Positions 18,024 to 26,749 of a stretch of DNA of 64,000 nt are shown piece after piece. This DNA is from Actinomycetota bacterium (GTDB taxonomy: Bacteria; Actinomycetota; UBA4738; HRBIN12): positions 1,227 to 65,226 of the forward strand of contig DASTHN010000090.1 in assembly GCA_035718185.1 (NCBI GenBank), written 5' to 3'. The position numbers and the translations under genes are program-made. Position 1 is the stretch's first letter; each line of letters starts with the position of its first letter. Under the pieces are notes generated by a model. It was not told the DNA's origin. It did no database searches and was given only the letters and a program-made list of their open reading frames with translations.

Positions 18024-19535
18024 ATGCGGACCCTGTACCGAGCCACCCTCGTCCGGACACAGTCGTACCCCCCGATGGGGGAGTGGGTGCTGGTCGACGG
18101 CCGCCACGTCGAGCGGGTAGGGGCTGGGGAGGCCCCCGCCGCCGACCGCGTCGTCGAGCTGCCTGGCACGACGATCGTTCCCGGATTCGTGGATGCGCAC
18201 GTCCATCTGACCGGCACGGGCATCCATCAACGGGCGCCCGACCTCGGACGAGCGCGGTCGGCATCCGAGCTGCTGGACGCCGTCCGCGCCGCCGTCCAAG
18301 ACCGCGAGGGCCCGTCGCTCGTCCACGGCTACGACGAGTCGACGTGGGAGCGGCGGGAACCGCCCACGGCCGAGGACCTCGACCGCGTGTCGGACCGGCC
18401 ACTGGCCGTGGTCCGGGTCGACGGGCACCTGTCGATCGCGAACCGGTCCGCGCTGCGCGAGGCAGGCGTTTCGGACCTGCCCGGTGTGGAGCGTGGCGAC
18501 GACGGTGAGCCCACCGGCCGCGTTCGGGCCCGGGCGAACGACGCCCTCCAGCGGTGGTTCGCCGCGAACCTGACCGAGCGCGACGTGGAGCAGCTCCAAC
18601 TGGCCGCCGCCGCGATGGCCGCCTCGCGGGGGGTCACGACGGTCCACGAGATGTCGCTGGTGCACGAGCGGGGGATGCGGGACCTGGAGGTGCTCCTTCG
18701 CCACCGGCATCGGCTCCCGCTCGACGTCGTGCCGTACGTGGGGACCAGCGAGGTCTCCCGGGCGATCGAGACCGGGATGTCGCGCCTGGGGGGCGACCTT
18801 CCGGTGGATGGATCCATCGGGGCTCGCACGGCCTGGGTGGTCCAACCGTACGTCGACGGAACGGGGTCGGGCATCGCCTACTTCGACGAGGACGAGCTCG
18901 CCCAGTACTTCCACGACGGCCACCTCGCGGGCCTGCAGGTCGGTGTCCATGCGATCGGCGACGCTGCGGTCGAGCAGGTGATCGCCACGTGGGAGCGCGT
19001 CTTCCGCTCCCTCGACTCGCGTGGCCGGCGGCACTTCCGCGCCCGACGTCATCGCATCGAGCACGCGGAGATGATCGGCCTGGATCTGCTCGAGCGTGCG
19101 GCGATGCTCGGGCTCGCCCTCTCCGTGCAGCCGAGCTTCGATGGGGCGTGGGGCCATGCGGGGGGTCTGTATGAGCAGGCGCTCGGCGCGGCGCGGGCCG
19201 CCGCGATGAACCCCTTCCGGGACATCCTGCAGCGCGGGGTCGAGATGGGTGCCGGTTCGGACTCGCCCATCACGGCGCTCGACCCGATGGCGGGCATCGA
19301 GGCGTTCGAGAACCACCACGACCCGCGACAGTGCCTGACGCGGGAGGAGGCGATCCGCCTCTGGACCACCGGCGCCGCACGCCTGGCGAACCAGGAGGAC
19401 AAGAAGGGGAGCCTCGAGCCCGGGTCGCACGCGGACCTCGCCGCGTACGAGGAGGACCCGTTCCTCGCCGCCGACCTGCGGTCCGTCCGCCCGGTGCTCA
19501 CGGTCAGCCTCGGGCGCGACGTGTACGCGTCGTGA
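18024..19535 (+). CDS. Metal-dependent amidohydrolase (Amidohydro_3-like TIM-barrel)
   Basis: 503 aa. IVPGFVDAHVHL (HxH metal site) and C-terminal SDSPITALDP (Asp site). An alternative start at ATG around 18075 (MGEWVLVDGR) is possible. Confidence 0.75.
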   Translation: MRTLYRATLVRTQSYPPMGEWVLVDGRHVERVGAGEAPAADRVVELPGTTIVPGFVDAHVHLTGTGIHQRAPDLGRARSASELLDAVRAAVQDREGPSLVHGYDESTWERREPPTAEDLDRVSDRPLAVVRVDGHLSIANRSALREAGVSDLPGVERGDDGEPTGRVRARANDALQRWFAANLTERDVEQLQLAAAAMAASRGVTTVHEMSLVHERGMRDLEVLLRHRHRLPLDVVPYVGTSEVSRAIETGMSRLGGDLPVDGSIGARTAWVVQPYVDGTGSGIAYFDEDELAQYFHDGHLAGLQVGVHAIGDAAVEQVIATWERVFRSLDSRGRRHFRARRHRIEHAEMIGLDLLERAAMLGLALSVQPSFDGAWGHAGGLYEQALGAARAAAMNPFRDILQRGVEMGAGSDSPITALDPMAGIEAFENHHDPRQCLTREEAIRLWTTGAARLANQEDKKGSLEPGSHADLAAYEEDPFLAADLRSVRPVLTVSLGRDVYAS

Positions 19536-19797
19536 GATCCGTGCGGACGATGGCTGACCTGCCCGTTTGACACCCGTCGGAGCCGAGGCTACCGTGACCC
19601 TGCGCGACCGCTTCGGCGGCTGCGCACGGAGGACCCAAGAGGCTGAGTAGAGAACGCAGCGCCCCGGCGCCGCGGCCCCAAAGGTCTCTTGGGTCCTCGT
19701 CTATCTTCCCCCCAGATCCCAGCAGCGGTTCAGGCGGGGTCCCTTGACGACACCGCACGCCCGCGAGCGCGTTGCGACACTTCGGTTCCGAGGGTCG

Positions 19798-19825
19798 TTG
19801 CAGGTTCGCGCACCGGCAGTACAAT
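19798..19825 (+). promoter_or_regulatory. Putative sigma-70-type promoter for the acidic zinc-ribbon gene: TTGCAG, 16-nt spacer, TACAAT
   Basis: Hexamers read directly. The -10 TACAAT lies 31 nt upstream of ATG 19856, in an otherwise 70%-GC context. Confidence 0.4.
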
Positions 19826-19855
19826 GCGCCGGCTGAACCGAACGGGATCGAAGCC

Positions 19856-20206
19856 ATGGAAGACATCGAAGACACGCTGGACGACGACGAGCTCGAGGAG
19901 CCCGAGGAGGCCTCCGAGGACATCGGGGACGCCGAGCCCACGGCGCCGGCCGTGCGACCGGCCGGTTCGGAGGACGTGGAGTCCATCCAGGATCTCCTGG
20001 TGAAGCAGGAGGCCCGCGCGGAGGAGGAAGAGGACGCCGAGGAATCGGTGCTCACCCTGACCCGCGACGAGCTCCGCGACGAATCGATGGCGGTGAAGGT
20101 GGTGCCGCCGCAGGCGAACGAGTTCACATGCCGCAACTGCTACCTGGTGAAGCATCGGAGCCAGCTGAAGGACAAGGCGAAGATGCTCTGCCGGGACTGC
20201 GCCTGA
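19856..20206 (+). CDS. Highly acidic small protein with C-terminal CxxC-x(n)-CxxC zinc ribbon (DUF4193-like)
   Basis: MEDIEDTLDDDELEEPEEASEDIGD...EFTCRNCYLVKHRSQLKDKAKMLCRDCA. This composition and C-terminus are typical of a conserved actinobacterial family. The ORF-track start at 19772 is probably too far upstream. Confidence 0.6.
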   Translation: MEDIEDTLDDDELEEPEEASEDIGDAEPTAPAVRPAGSEDVESIQDLLVKQEARAEEEEDAEESVLTLTRDELRDESMAVKVVPPQANEFTCRNCYLVKHRSQLKDKAKMLCRDCA

Positions 20207-22437
20207 GGCCGAACCCACCCGGACCCGCCGTTGCGCTGCTGATCGCCGCGTCGAGCGGTGCGCTCCTGTCGCTGTCCCTGCCGCCGGTCGATGCCGGATG
20301 GGTGGCGTTCCTCGCGCCGATCCCGTTCCTGTGGCTCGTGCGCGATGCTCGTCCGCTCCGGGGGCTCGGGCTCGGCCTGGCCTTCGGTGTGGCGTACTTC
20401 GGGCTCGTCCTGTACTGGATCCTGCTGTTCGGCGAGCTCGGGTGGACAGCGCTCGTCCTGGTCTCGGCGTGCTTCACCGGGGTCTTCGGGCTCCTCGCGC
20501 CAGTGCTGTGGCGCGAGGAGCATCCGGTCGCCTCTGTCTTGGCGCTGGCGTCGCTGTGGACGGTCCTCGAGGCTGCCCGCGGAGCTTGGCCGCTCGGTGG
20601 GTTCGCGTGGGGGCAACTCGGGAGCACGCAGACCGGGAACCCGGCGCTGCTGCGGCTCGCGTCGGTGACCGGCGTGTGGGGCATCTCGTTCGTGGTGATC
20701 GCCGTCGCCGGCCTGCTGCTCCTCGCCCTCGAGCGGGGGAGTGAGGCGCCCGCGCGGACCATCGCCTTGATGGGGGTCTGCATCGCCCTGGTGCTCGCCC
20801 CAGGCCTGCTCCCGCTGCCGGCGGCCGAGGGGCAGGCCATCGATGTGGCGGCGATCCAGGTGGACGTCCGCCAGGCGGAGCACCTAAGCCGCGACGCCGA
20901 GGACATCGCGGTCGCCCGGATGAACATCGACCTGCACACCCGGCTGGCCAACGATCCACCCGACCTCGCCGTCTGGGGTGAGGGGTCGCTCGATCCGGGG
21001 GCGTCCTCTGATCCGGCGACGATGCAGGAGGTGAGCTCGGCCGTTGCGGCGGTCGGCGCGCCGACGCTCGCCGGCGCGGTGCTCGACGATCCGGACGGCA
21101 GCCAGCACACCAGCGTGCTGCTGTTCGACGGGACCGGCGCGACGGTAGACCGGTACGACAAGGTGGTGCTGGTGCCGTTCGGCGAGTACGTGCCGTTCCG
21201 GGACAGGCTCGAGTGGATCGACGCGATCGACCAGGTTCCGGTCGACCGGGTGCCGGGGGAGACCCCCCATACCGTCTCGGTATCCGGACTGCCGGCGTTC
21301 GGGACCCCGATCTGCTACGAGAACAGCTTCCCGCGCGTGGAGCGAGACATGGCCCGCCGGGGAGCCACGTTCTTCGTCCTCACGACGAACAACGCCTCGT
21401 ACGGCATGACGGCCGCCTCCCGGCAGCACGTGCTGATGAGCCGGCTGCGCGCGGTCGAGACCGGGCGCTGGGTCGTCCACGCGGCGGTCTCCGGGATCAG
21501 CGCGATCGTGGACCCCCAGGGCGACGTGGTTGCCCACACCGAGCTGTTCGAGCCCGAGATCACGCGTACGCGGATCAGGGCCTCTCGGGCGACGACCATG
21601 TACGTCCGGCTGGGGGACTGGCTCGTGTGGGTCTGCCTGGCGGGGGTACTGGCGATGTTCGCGGTGCCACGTTCTCGCCGGGGCCCTGGACGTTCGGTCG
21701 AGGGCCTTGCCGATGCACCCCGCACGCTGGTCGTCCTGCCCACCTACAACGAGCGGGTCACGATCGGCGAGGTGCTCGACGGGCTCCTCGTCCTGGACGG
21801 GTCCATCCACATGCTGGTGGTCGACGACGGCTCGCCGGACGGCACGGGCGAGCTGGTCGCCCAGCGAGCAGCATCCGAACCGCGCGTCCGGCTCCTCGAA
21901 CGGGACGCGAAGAGGGGTCTGGCCAGCGCCTACCTCGAGGGCTTCCGACTCGCGCTCGAGGAGGGGTACGACCTGGTGGTGGAGATGGACTCGGACCTGT
22001 CCCACCTACCCGAGCAGCTTCCAGGGCTGCTGGAGGCCGTTCGCTCGCATCACCTGGTGGTCGGCAGCCGGTACGTGCCGGGGGGCTCGGTCACGAACTG
22101 GAGCCGGGCGCGCCTGGCGCTCTCGCGCGGCGGGAACCTGTATGCGCGCCTGTGCCTCGGCTTCCCGCTGCACGACGCGACGAGCGGCTTCCGCGTCTAC
22201 CGCCGCGCCCTGCTGCAGCGGCTGATCGCCCGCCCGTTCCGCTCCGATGGGTACGGCTTCCAGGTGGAGCTCGCGTACCGGGCGTGGCGCGAGGGCTTCG
22301 ACGTCGGCGAGGTTCCCATCACGTTCCGCGAGCGCGAGCACGGGCATTCCAAGATCTCGCGCCGCATCGTCGTCGAGGCGCTCTGGCTGGTGACGGTCTG
22401 GGGCCTCGGGGCCCGCCTCCGTGCCTCGGTGAGCTGA
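20128..22437 (+). CDS. ppm1: Two-domain fusion: apolipoprotein N-acyltransferase (Lnt, CN-hydrolase) plus polyprenol-phosphate mannose synthase (Ppm1, GT2)
   Basis: 769 aa. N-terminal multi-TM Lnt domain with the CN-hydrolase region (ICYENSFP). C-terminal GT2 domain (VVLPTYNE...VVDDGSPDGT...DSDLSH), as in mycobacterial Ppm1. The only standard start is ATG 20128, which overlaps the preceding gene by 79 nt. Confidence 0.8.
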   Translation: MPQLLPGEASEPAEGQGEDALPGLRLRPNPPGPAVALLIAASSGALLSLSLPPVDAGWVAFLAPIPFLWLVRDARPLRGLGLGLAFGVAYFGLVLYWILLFGELGWTALVLVSACFTGVFGLLAPVLWREEHPVASVLALASLWTVLEAARGAWPLGGFAWGQLGSTQTGNPALLRLASVTGVWGISFVVIAVAGLLLLALERGSEAPARTIALMGVCIALVLAPGLLPLPAAEGQAIDVAAIQVDVRQAEHLSRDAEDIAVARMNIDLHTRLANDPPDLAVWGEGSLDPGASSDPATMQEVSSAVAAVGAPTLAGAVLDDPDGSQHTSVLLFDGTGATVDRYDKVVLVPFGEYVPFRDRLEWIDAIDQVPVDRVPGETPHTVSVSGLPAFGTPICYENSFPRVERDMARRGATFFVLTTNNASYGMTAASRQHVLMSRLRAVETGRWVVHAAVSGISAIVDPQGDVVAHTELFEPEITRTRIRASRATTMYVRLGDWLVWVCLAGVLAMFAVPRSRRGPGRSVEGLADAPRTLVVLPTYNERVTIGEVLDGLLVLDGSIHMLVVDDGSPDGTGELVAQRAASEPRVRLLERDAKRGLASAYLEGFRLALEEGYDLVVEMDSDLSHLPEQLPGLLEAVRSHHLVVGSRYVPGGSVTNWSRARLALSRGGNLYARLCLGFPLHDATSGFRVYRRALLQRLIARPFRSDGYGFQVELAYRAWREGFDVGEVPITFREREHGHSKISRRIVVEALWLVTVWGLGARLRASVS

Positions 22438-22525
22438 GGCCTCAGGGGCTTGGCGGCCCGCTACGAACCGCCCATACCGCACATTATGGAAAGTTACGAT
22501 TGCGCGATGAGGCGACAGGACATGA

Positions 22526-22540
22526 GGTAGGCCGCCTACC
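22526..22540. promoter_or_regulatory. Perfect 15-bp palindrome GGTAGGCCGCCTACC (candidate operator) next to an AT-rich patch
   Basis: Read directly. Located in the 307-nt intergenic region upstream of the DUF11 surface protein, 40 nt downstream of the unusually AT-rich stretch ACATTATGGAAAGTTACGATTG. Confidence 0.4.
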
Positions 22541-22673
22541 CTCCCCCCCTGTCGGACGTCTGGGGTTGCTGTCGTCCTACGCTGCTGCGTAAAGTCCTGG
22601 TGAGCCCGCTTAGTTCGAAAGTCGCATGGGAACCCTTGGACCTTCGACGGATGGACTAGGGGAAGGCACGGCG

Positions 22674-22723
22674 TACCCTGGGGATCGGAGGGACATCCTG
22701 TCCCCCGTTGCGTCGTCAGGGTA
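22674..22723 (+). promoter_or_regulatory. Nested hairpins in the 5' leader of the surface-protein gene
   Basis: Outer stem TACCCTG/CAGGGTA encloses an inner hairpin GGGACA-TCC-TGTCCC (22690-22704). It lies 8 nt upstream of the strong SD AAGGAGGA and ATG 22745. Confidence 0.4.
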
Positions 22724-22744
22724 TCGCCCGAAGGAGGAGGGACC

Positions 22745-25700
22745 ATGAGCGGTTCGCGCAGGAATGGCCGGCGGCTGAGGAGGGCGGGAGCCACCTTCTC
22801 GCTGATCGGCCTGGTGATGACCGTGTTCCTCGCGATCGGCCAGGTCGGCCTCATCGCGGCGAACGCCGATGGCTGGTCCGACCGGTCGGGCGCTGGCTCC
22901 GCGTCCGCCGAGAGCGGACGAGGTGACGGGTTCACCGTCAAGGCCTCGGACGCCGTGTCCGAGAAGAGCTCCACCGCGAAGGGCGCGGTCGCGGCGCCCC
23001 TCGAGGCGGCCCGCGCTGTGGACGTCGGGGACATCGAGCTCGACTGGATCGCGGCGGGCCCGTACACGTACAACCACACGACCCTCGCCGGCACCGGTCC
23101 CGGCCTCCCCGAGTACGACGGCCGCGTGATCGACAAGTCGACCGGCGTGTTCGAGTCGCTGGAGGCGAGCGACTTCAACTGCAACGACAAGGTCGTCTAC
23201 TTCCTCGCGATCGAGATCGCGGACAACCCCGAGATCGACGCTCCGTCGACGATCTCCGTCGACCTGTCGTTCGACAACGAGGACGGCGTCGGGTTCCGCA
23301 CGTTCGACAGCCCGGCGGCGTTCCTGAACACGGACGACGCGGCGTACGACGGGGATGCCACGCTGACGGGGATCACGACCAACGCCCCGATCGCCGGCAA
23401 CCCCCCGCCCGGGAACCTGGAGATCTCGTTCGACGTCAACGACGTGGAACGCGGCGAGTTCATCGTCGTCCAGGTCGTCCCGATCCTGAAGTGCGGCGGT
23501 GACGGCGCGCCGAACGGCAACCTGCAGGCCCGCCTCGACTCGATGAAGATCGGGAACCAGAACGTCCCCGGCTCGGGCACGCAGACGATCCCGCTGAAGT
23601 CGGCTCGGCTGCTGCTCGAGCCCGACCTCACGATCGTGAAGAGCGGCCCGAGCGAGGTCGGGTTCGGCGAGACGGTGACGTATGAGGTCACGGTCGACAA
23701 CATCGGCTCCGGGCCGACGACGGACGACGTGATCATCACCGACTCCGTGACGGCCGAGCTGTCGAACGTCGCCGCGACGTACTCTCTGAACGGCGGCGCG
23801 GACCAGGCCTGTGCCGTCAACGGCAACGACGTCACGTGCAACGTCGGCATCCTTGACGCCGGCGACACGGTCGTCGTGACGATCACGGCAGAGGCGCCGA
23901 GCGACAGCTGCCCGACCGTCGTCAACACGGCGTCGCTGTCGATCGGAGGCGCGACGCAGGACAGCAACTCGGTCGAGACGGTCGTCACGGGCTGCGCGCC
24001 GGACCTGTCGATCGACAAGGAGGCCGTGAACGAGGCCGGGGCGCCGATCACCGAGGTCTCCCCCGGTGATAGCTTCAGCTACGTCATCACCCTCACGAAC
24101 GACGGCAACGAGAACGCCACCGGCGTCGTGGTCACCGATGACCTCGACGACACGCTCACGATCGACGCCGCCTCGTTCGCCATCGGCGCCGCGTCGGGCG
24201 CCTGTGACATCGACGGGACGGACAACTCGATCCGCTGTCCGCAGGACCCGGGCACCGAGACCCTGCAGCCCGGCGAGTCGATGGTTGTCACGGTCGACGT
24301 CACCACCGCGGCCGACGTCTGCGGTGCGCTCATCAACTCCGCGCACGTGGACTGGGCCGAGGACGGCTCGGGCGAGGGCCTGGACTCCGGCCTGGTCACC
24401 GTCGACGTGACCGGCTGCGCGCCGGAGCTGACGATCGCCAAGACCGGCCCGGCGACCGTGCCGTTCGGTGGTCAGGTGACGTACGAGATCACGGTCGAGA
24501 ACACCGGCAACGCGCCGACGGCGAACGCCGTGGTCATCACCGACAGCGTCCCAGCCGAGCTCGACAACGTGGCTGCGACCTACTCGTTCAACGGCGGGGC
24601 CGATCAGGCCTGCAGCGTCGTCGGCAACGACGTGAGCTGCAACGTCGGGGTCATGGATCCGGGCGACTCGGTCGTCGTGACCATCACGGCCGACGCGCCG
24701 AGCGACAGCTGCCCGAGCTTCACGAACCAGGCGTTCGTGGGTGATCTGGGCAGCAACGAGGTCGACACCGACGTGACCGGCTGCGCCGCGGATCTCGAGC
24801 TGCACAAGACCGGCCCGGCCACGGCCGAGGTCGGTGGCCTGGTGACCTACACGGTCACCGTGGAGAACAACGGCAACGCCGCCACGGCCGATCCGGTGGT
24901 CGTGACCGACGCCGTCGACTCGGACCTCTCCGGTGTGACCGCGTCGTTCTCGCTGAACGGCGGCCCGGACCAGGCCTGTGACGTGGTCGGCAACGACGTC
25001 AGCTGCGACCTGGGCATCCTGCAGTCCGGCGACAGCGCCGAGATCACCATCTCGGGCACGACGCCCACGGACATCTGCCCGGAGATCGTGAACCAGGCCT
25101 TCATCGGCGACCTGGGCAGCGAGATCGTCACGACGACGATCGACTGCCCGCCGCCCGGGATCGACCTGGTCAAGGATGGCGACGACATGGCGCACGTGGG
25201 TGACACCGTCACCTACACGTTCGACGTGAGCCTGACGCCGGACAGCCTGCCGCTCGAGAACGTCACGCTGACCGACCCGATCTGCGACACGGGCACGATC
25301 AGCGGACCCACGGGCGATGACGGCAACGCGATCCTCGAGCAGGGTGAGACGTGGAGCTACACCTGCACCCACGTCGTGACCGAGAGCGACCCCGATCCGC
25401 TGCCGAACACCGCTCACGTCTCGGGCTGGTTCGGCCAGACGGAGGTCACGGACGAGGACTCGCACGAGGTCGACATCCTCCACCCGGCGATCGAGATCGT
25501 GAAGCGCGCTCGTCCGCAGTCGGGCTCGCCCGGCGAGGTGATCACGTACCACTACACGATCACGAACATCGGTGACGTGGTCCTGCACGACATCACGGTG
25601 GACGACGACGTGATCGGTCACGTCTGCGACATCGCGGAGCTGCAGCCGAACGAGAGCACGGAGTGCACGAAGGACTTCAAGCTCCCGTCGGACGGCACGA

Positions 25701-25948
25701 TCAAGGTCACGAACGTCGGAACCGCCGAGGGTGAGGACCCGCTCGGCGAGACGGTGAAGGACGACGACACCCAGACGGTGGACGTGATCCTGGGGCAGAC
25801 CATCACGAAGACGCCCCCGGGTCCGATCGCCTTCACCGGCACGTCGTCGGTCATCCCGCTCGGCGCCCTGCTGCTGGTCTTCGTGACCGCGGGCACGGCC
25901 CTGCTGTGGGTGGGCCGCCGGCGCGGTCGCCAGACCTCGACGGAGTAA
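22745..25948 (+). CDS. Large cell-wall-anchored surface protein with repeated DUF11-type domains and a C-terminal LAXTG-like (IAFTG) sorting signal
   Basis: 1067 aa. N-terminal signal peptide. At least five repeats of the pattern DLxIxKTGP...VTYxITVxNxGNAxT...VVITDxVxxxL...C. C-terminus is IAFTG, then a TM helix, then RRRGRQ, which is the architecture of a sortase substrate (class E sortases use LAXTG). Confidence 0.8.
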   Translation: MSGSRRNGRRLRRAGATFSLIGLVMTVFLAIGQVGLIAANADGWSDRSGAGSASAESGRGDGFTVKASDAVSEKSSTAKGAVAAPLEAARAVDVGDIELDWIAAGPYTYNHTTLAGTGPGLPEYDGRVIDKSTGVFESLEASDFNCNDKVVYFLAIEIADNPEIDAPSTISVDLSFDNEDGVGFRTFDSPAAFLNTDDAAYDGDATLTGITTNAPIAGNPPPGNLEISFDVNDVERGEFIVVQVVPILKCGGDGAPNGNLQARLDSMKIGNQNVPGSGTQTIPLKSARLLLEPDLTIVKSGPSEVGFGETVTYEVTVDNIGSGPTTDDVIITDSVTAELSNVAATYSLNGGADQACAVNGNDVTCNVGILDAGDTVVVTITAEAPSDSCPTVVNTASLSIGGATQDSNSVETVVTGCAPDLSIDKEAVNEAGAPITEVSPGDSFSYVITLTNDGNENATGVVVTDDLDDTLTIDAASFAIGAASGACDIDGTDNSIRCPQDPGTETLQPGESMVVTVDVTTAADVCGALINSAHVDWAEDGSGEGLDSGLVTVDVTGCAPELTIAKTGPATVPFGGQVTYEITVENTGNAPTANAVVITDSVPAELDNVAATYSFNGGADQACSVVGNDVSCNVGVMDPGDSVVVTITADAPSDSCPSFTNQAFVGDLGSNEVDTDVTGCAADLELHKTGPATAEVGGLVTYTVTVENNGNAATADPVVVTDAVDSDLSGVTASFSLNGGPDQACDVVGNDVSCDLGILQSGDSAEITISGTTPTDICPEIVNQAFIGDLGSEIVTTTIDCPPPGIDLVKDGDDMAHVGDTVTYTFDVSLTPDSLPLENVTLTDPICDTGTISGPTGDDGNAILEQGETWSYTCTHVVTESDPDPLPNTAHVSGWFGQTEVTDEDSHEVDILHPAIEIVKRARPQSGSPGEVITYHYTITNIGDVVLHDITVDDDVIGHVCDIAELQPNESTECTKDFKLPSDGTIKVTNVGTAEGEDPLGETVKDDDTQTVDVILGQTITKTPPGPIAFTGTSSVIPLGALLLVFVTAGTALLWVGRRRGRQTSTE
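23630..25090 (+). repeat. Intragenic tandem repeats of about 360 nt (DUF11 domain units), about 75% nucleotide identity
   Basis: Segments near 23640-23920, 24440-24720 and 24800-25080 align visibly at the DNA level (for example ...cacggtcgagaacaccggcaacgcgccgacggcgaacgccgtggtcatcaccgac...). Confidence 0.6.
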
Positions 25949-25976
25949 GGCCTTTCACGGGAGAGGGCGAAGCGAC

Positions 25977-26016
25977 GAGGTCCCGGGTCGGATGACCCGG
26001 GACCTCTCGCTTTGGG
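25977..26016 (+). terminator. Intrinsic-terminator-like hairpin between convergent genes
   Basis: GAGGTCCCGGGTC-ggat-GACCCGGGACCTC (13-bp perfect stem) followed by TCGCTTTGGG. Located 29 nt after the surface-protein stop. Confidence 0.55.
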
Positions 26017-26041
26017 TGGAGGCCCGCCGGGCGGTGCCGAG

Positions 26042-26515
26042 CTACCCGTAGAAGATGACGGTGATCCACAGGGCGTCGTCCTCGCGGACGATGCCCACGG
26101 CCATGTGGTCGAACGACTTGCGCAGGATGTTCTCGCGGTGGAGCTTGCTGGCCATGAACGCCTCTTCAAGGCTCTTGAGCGAGCCTCCCACCCCGACGTT
26201 CTCGCCGCCGATCGACCAGTTCACGTCCCCGAGGGCCCTCCGGAGCTGTGCCTCCGTCGAGTGGAAGATGTAGCCCTTCCTGGCCATCGCCGCGCTGTGC
26301 TCCTTCGCGAACCTCGAGACGCGGGTTTCGAACCCGAGGGCCCGGCGATCGTGCTCCCGCCGGTCGTCGTTCGTGAGGTTCACCATCTGGACGCGGCGAC
26401 CCGTCCGCTGGCGCGCGTCCGCCCGGTCGGGGACGGTGCTGACCACCAGGAAACCCGCCATGAGCAGGGCGATCGACGCCGCGAGCGTCCCTCGGCCGAT
26501 TCGGAGACGTGCCAT
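26042..26515 (-). CDS. Secreted CAP/SCP/PR-1-like (YkwD-type) domain protein
   Basis: Signal/TM segment (GTLAASIALLMAGFLVVSTV), then HSAAMARKGYIFHS...GENVG...MASKLHRENIL, as in CAP domains. The internal ATG (MARLRIG) was chosen; the ORF track extends to 26596. Confidence 0.65.
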   Translation of the reverse strand: MARLRIGRGTLAASIALLMAGFLVVSTVPDRADARQRTGRRVQMVNLTNDDRREHDRRALGFETRVSRFAKEHSAAMARKGYIFHSTEAQLRRALGDVNWSIGGENVGVGGSLKSLEEAFMASKLHRENILRKSFDHMAVGIVREDDALWITVIFYG

Positions 26516-26749
26516 CTCGAGCCTCCCGACTCCGGGGTCCCGGTTGGGACTCGAGCCCGAGGCCCGGGTCCTTCGGCGGCCCGGCCACCTCCCCACGGAG
26601 GTCCGGCGCTTTGCGCCCCGCCGTCGCCAGCGGTTCGCCTTTTTCGGGACCGACCCTTTGTGCCTGTCACCTCCGTATCGGACGGGGCCAGCGCGGCCTT
26701 GAGGCCGAGATGGTCAGGAATGACTAGGCACCCGATCGGGGCCGGATGG

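Noticed and set aside
16725-19430. 901-aa minus-strand ORF and 703-aa plus-strand ORF (15668-17779) covering the cysS/Lrp/RT/amidohydrolase region
   Set aside because: Arg/Pro/Gly-rich junk translations. The real genes are in other frames or on the other strand.
17289-19535. Group II intron or diversity-generating retroelement around the RT-like ORF
   Set aside because: No intron domain V/VI-like sequence was seen downstream. The hairpin CCGCAT-cgc-ATGCGG at 18011-18025 is only 15 nt. No template/variable repeat pair with adenine-specific differences was visible by eye. These rejections rest on by-eye inspection only, so a formal search is still warranted.
22610-25621. 1003-aa minus-strand ORF antisense to the DUF11 surface protein
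   Set aside because: Antisense artefact. The plus-strand protein has a signal peptide, domain repeats and a sorting signal.
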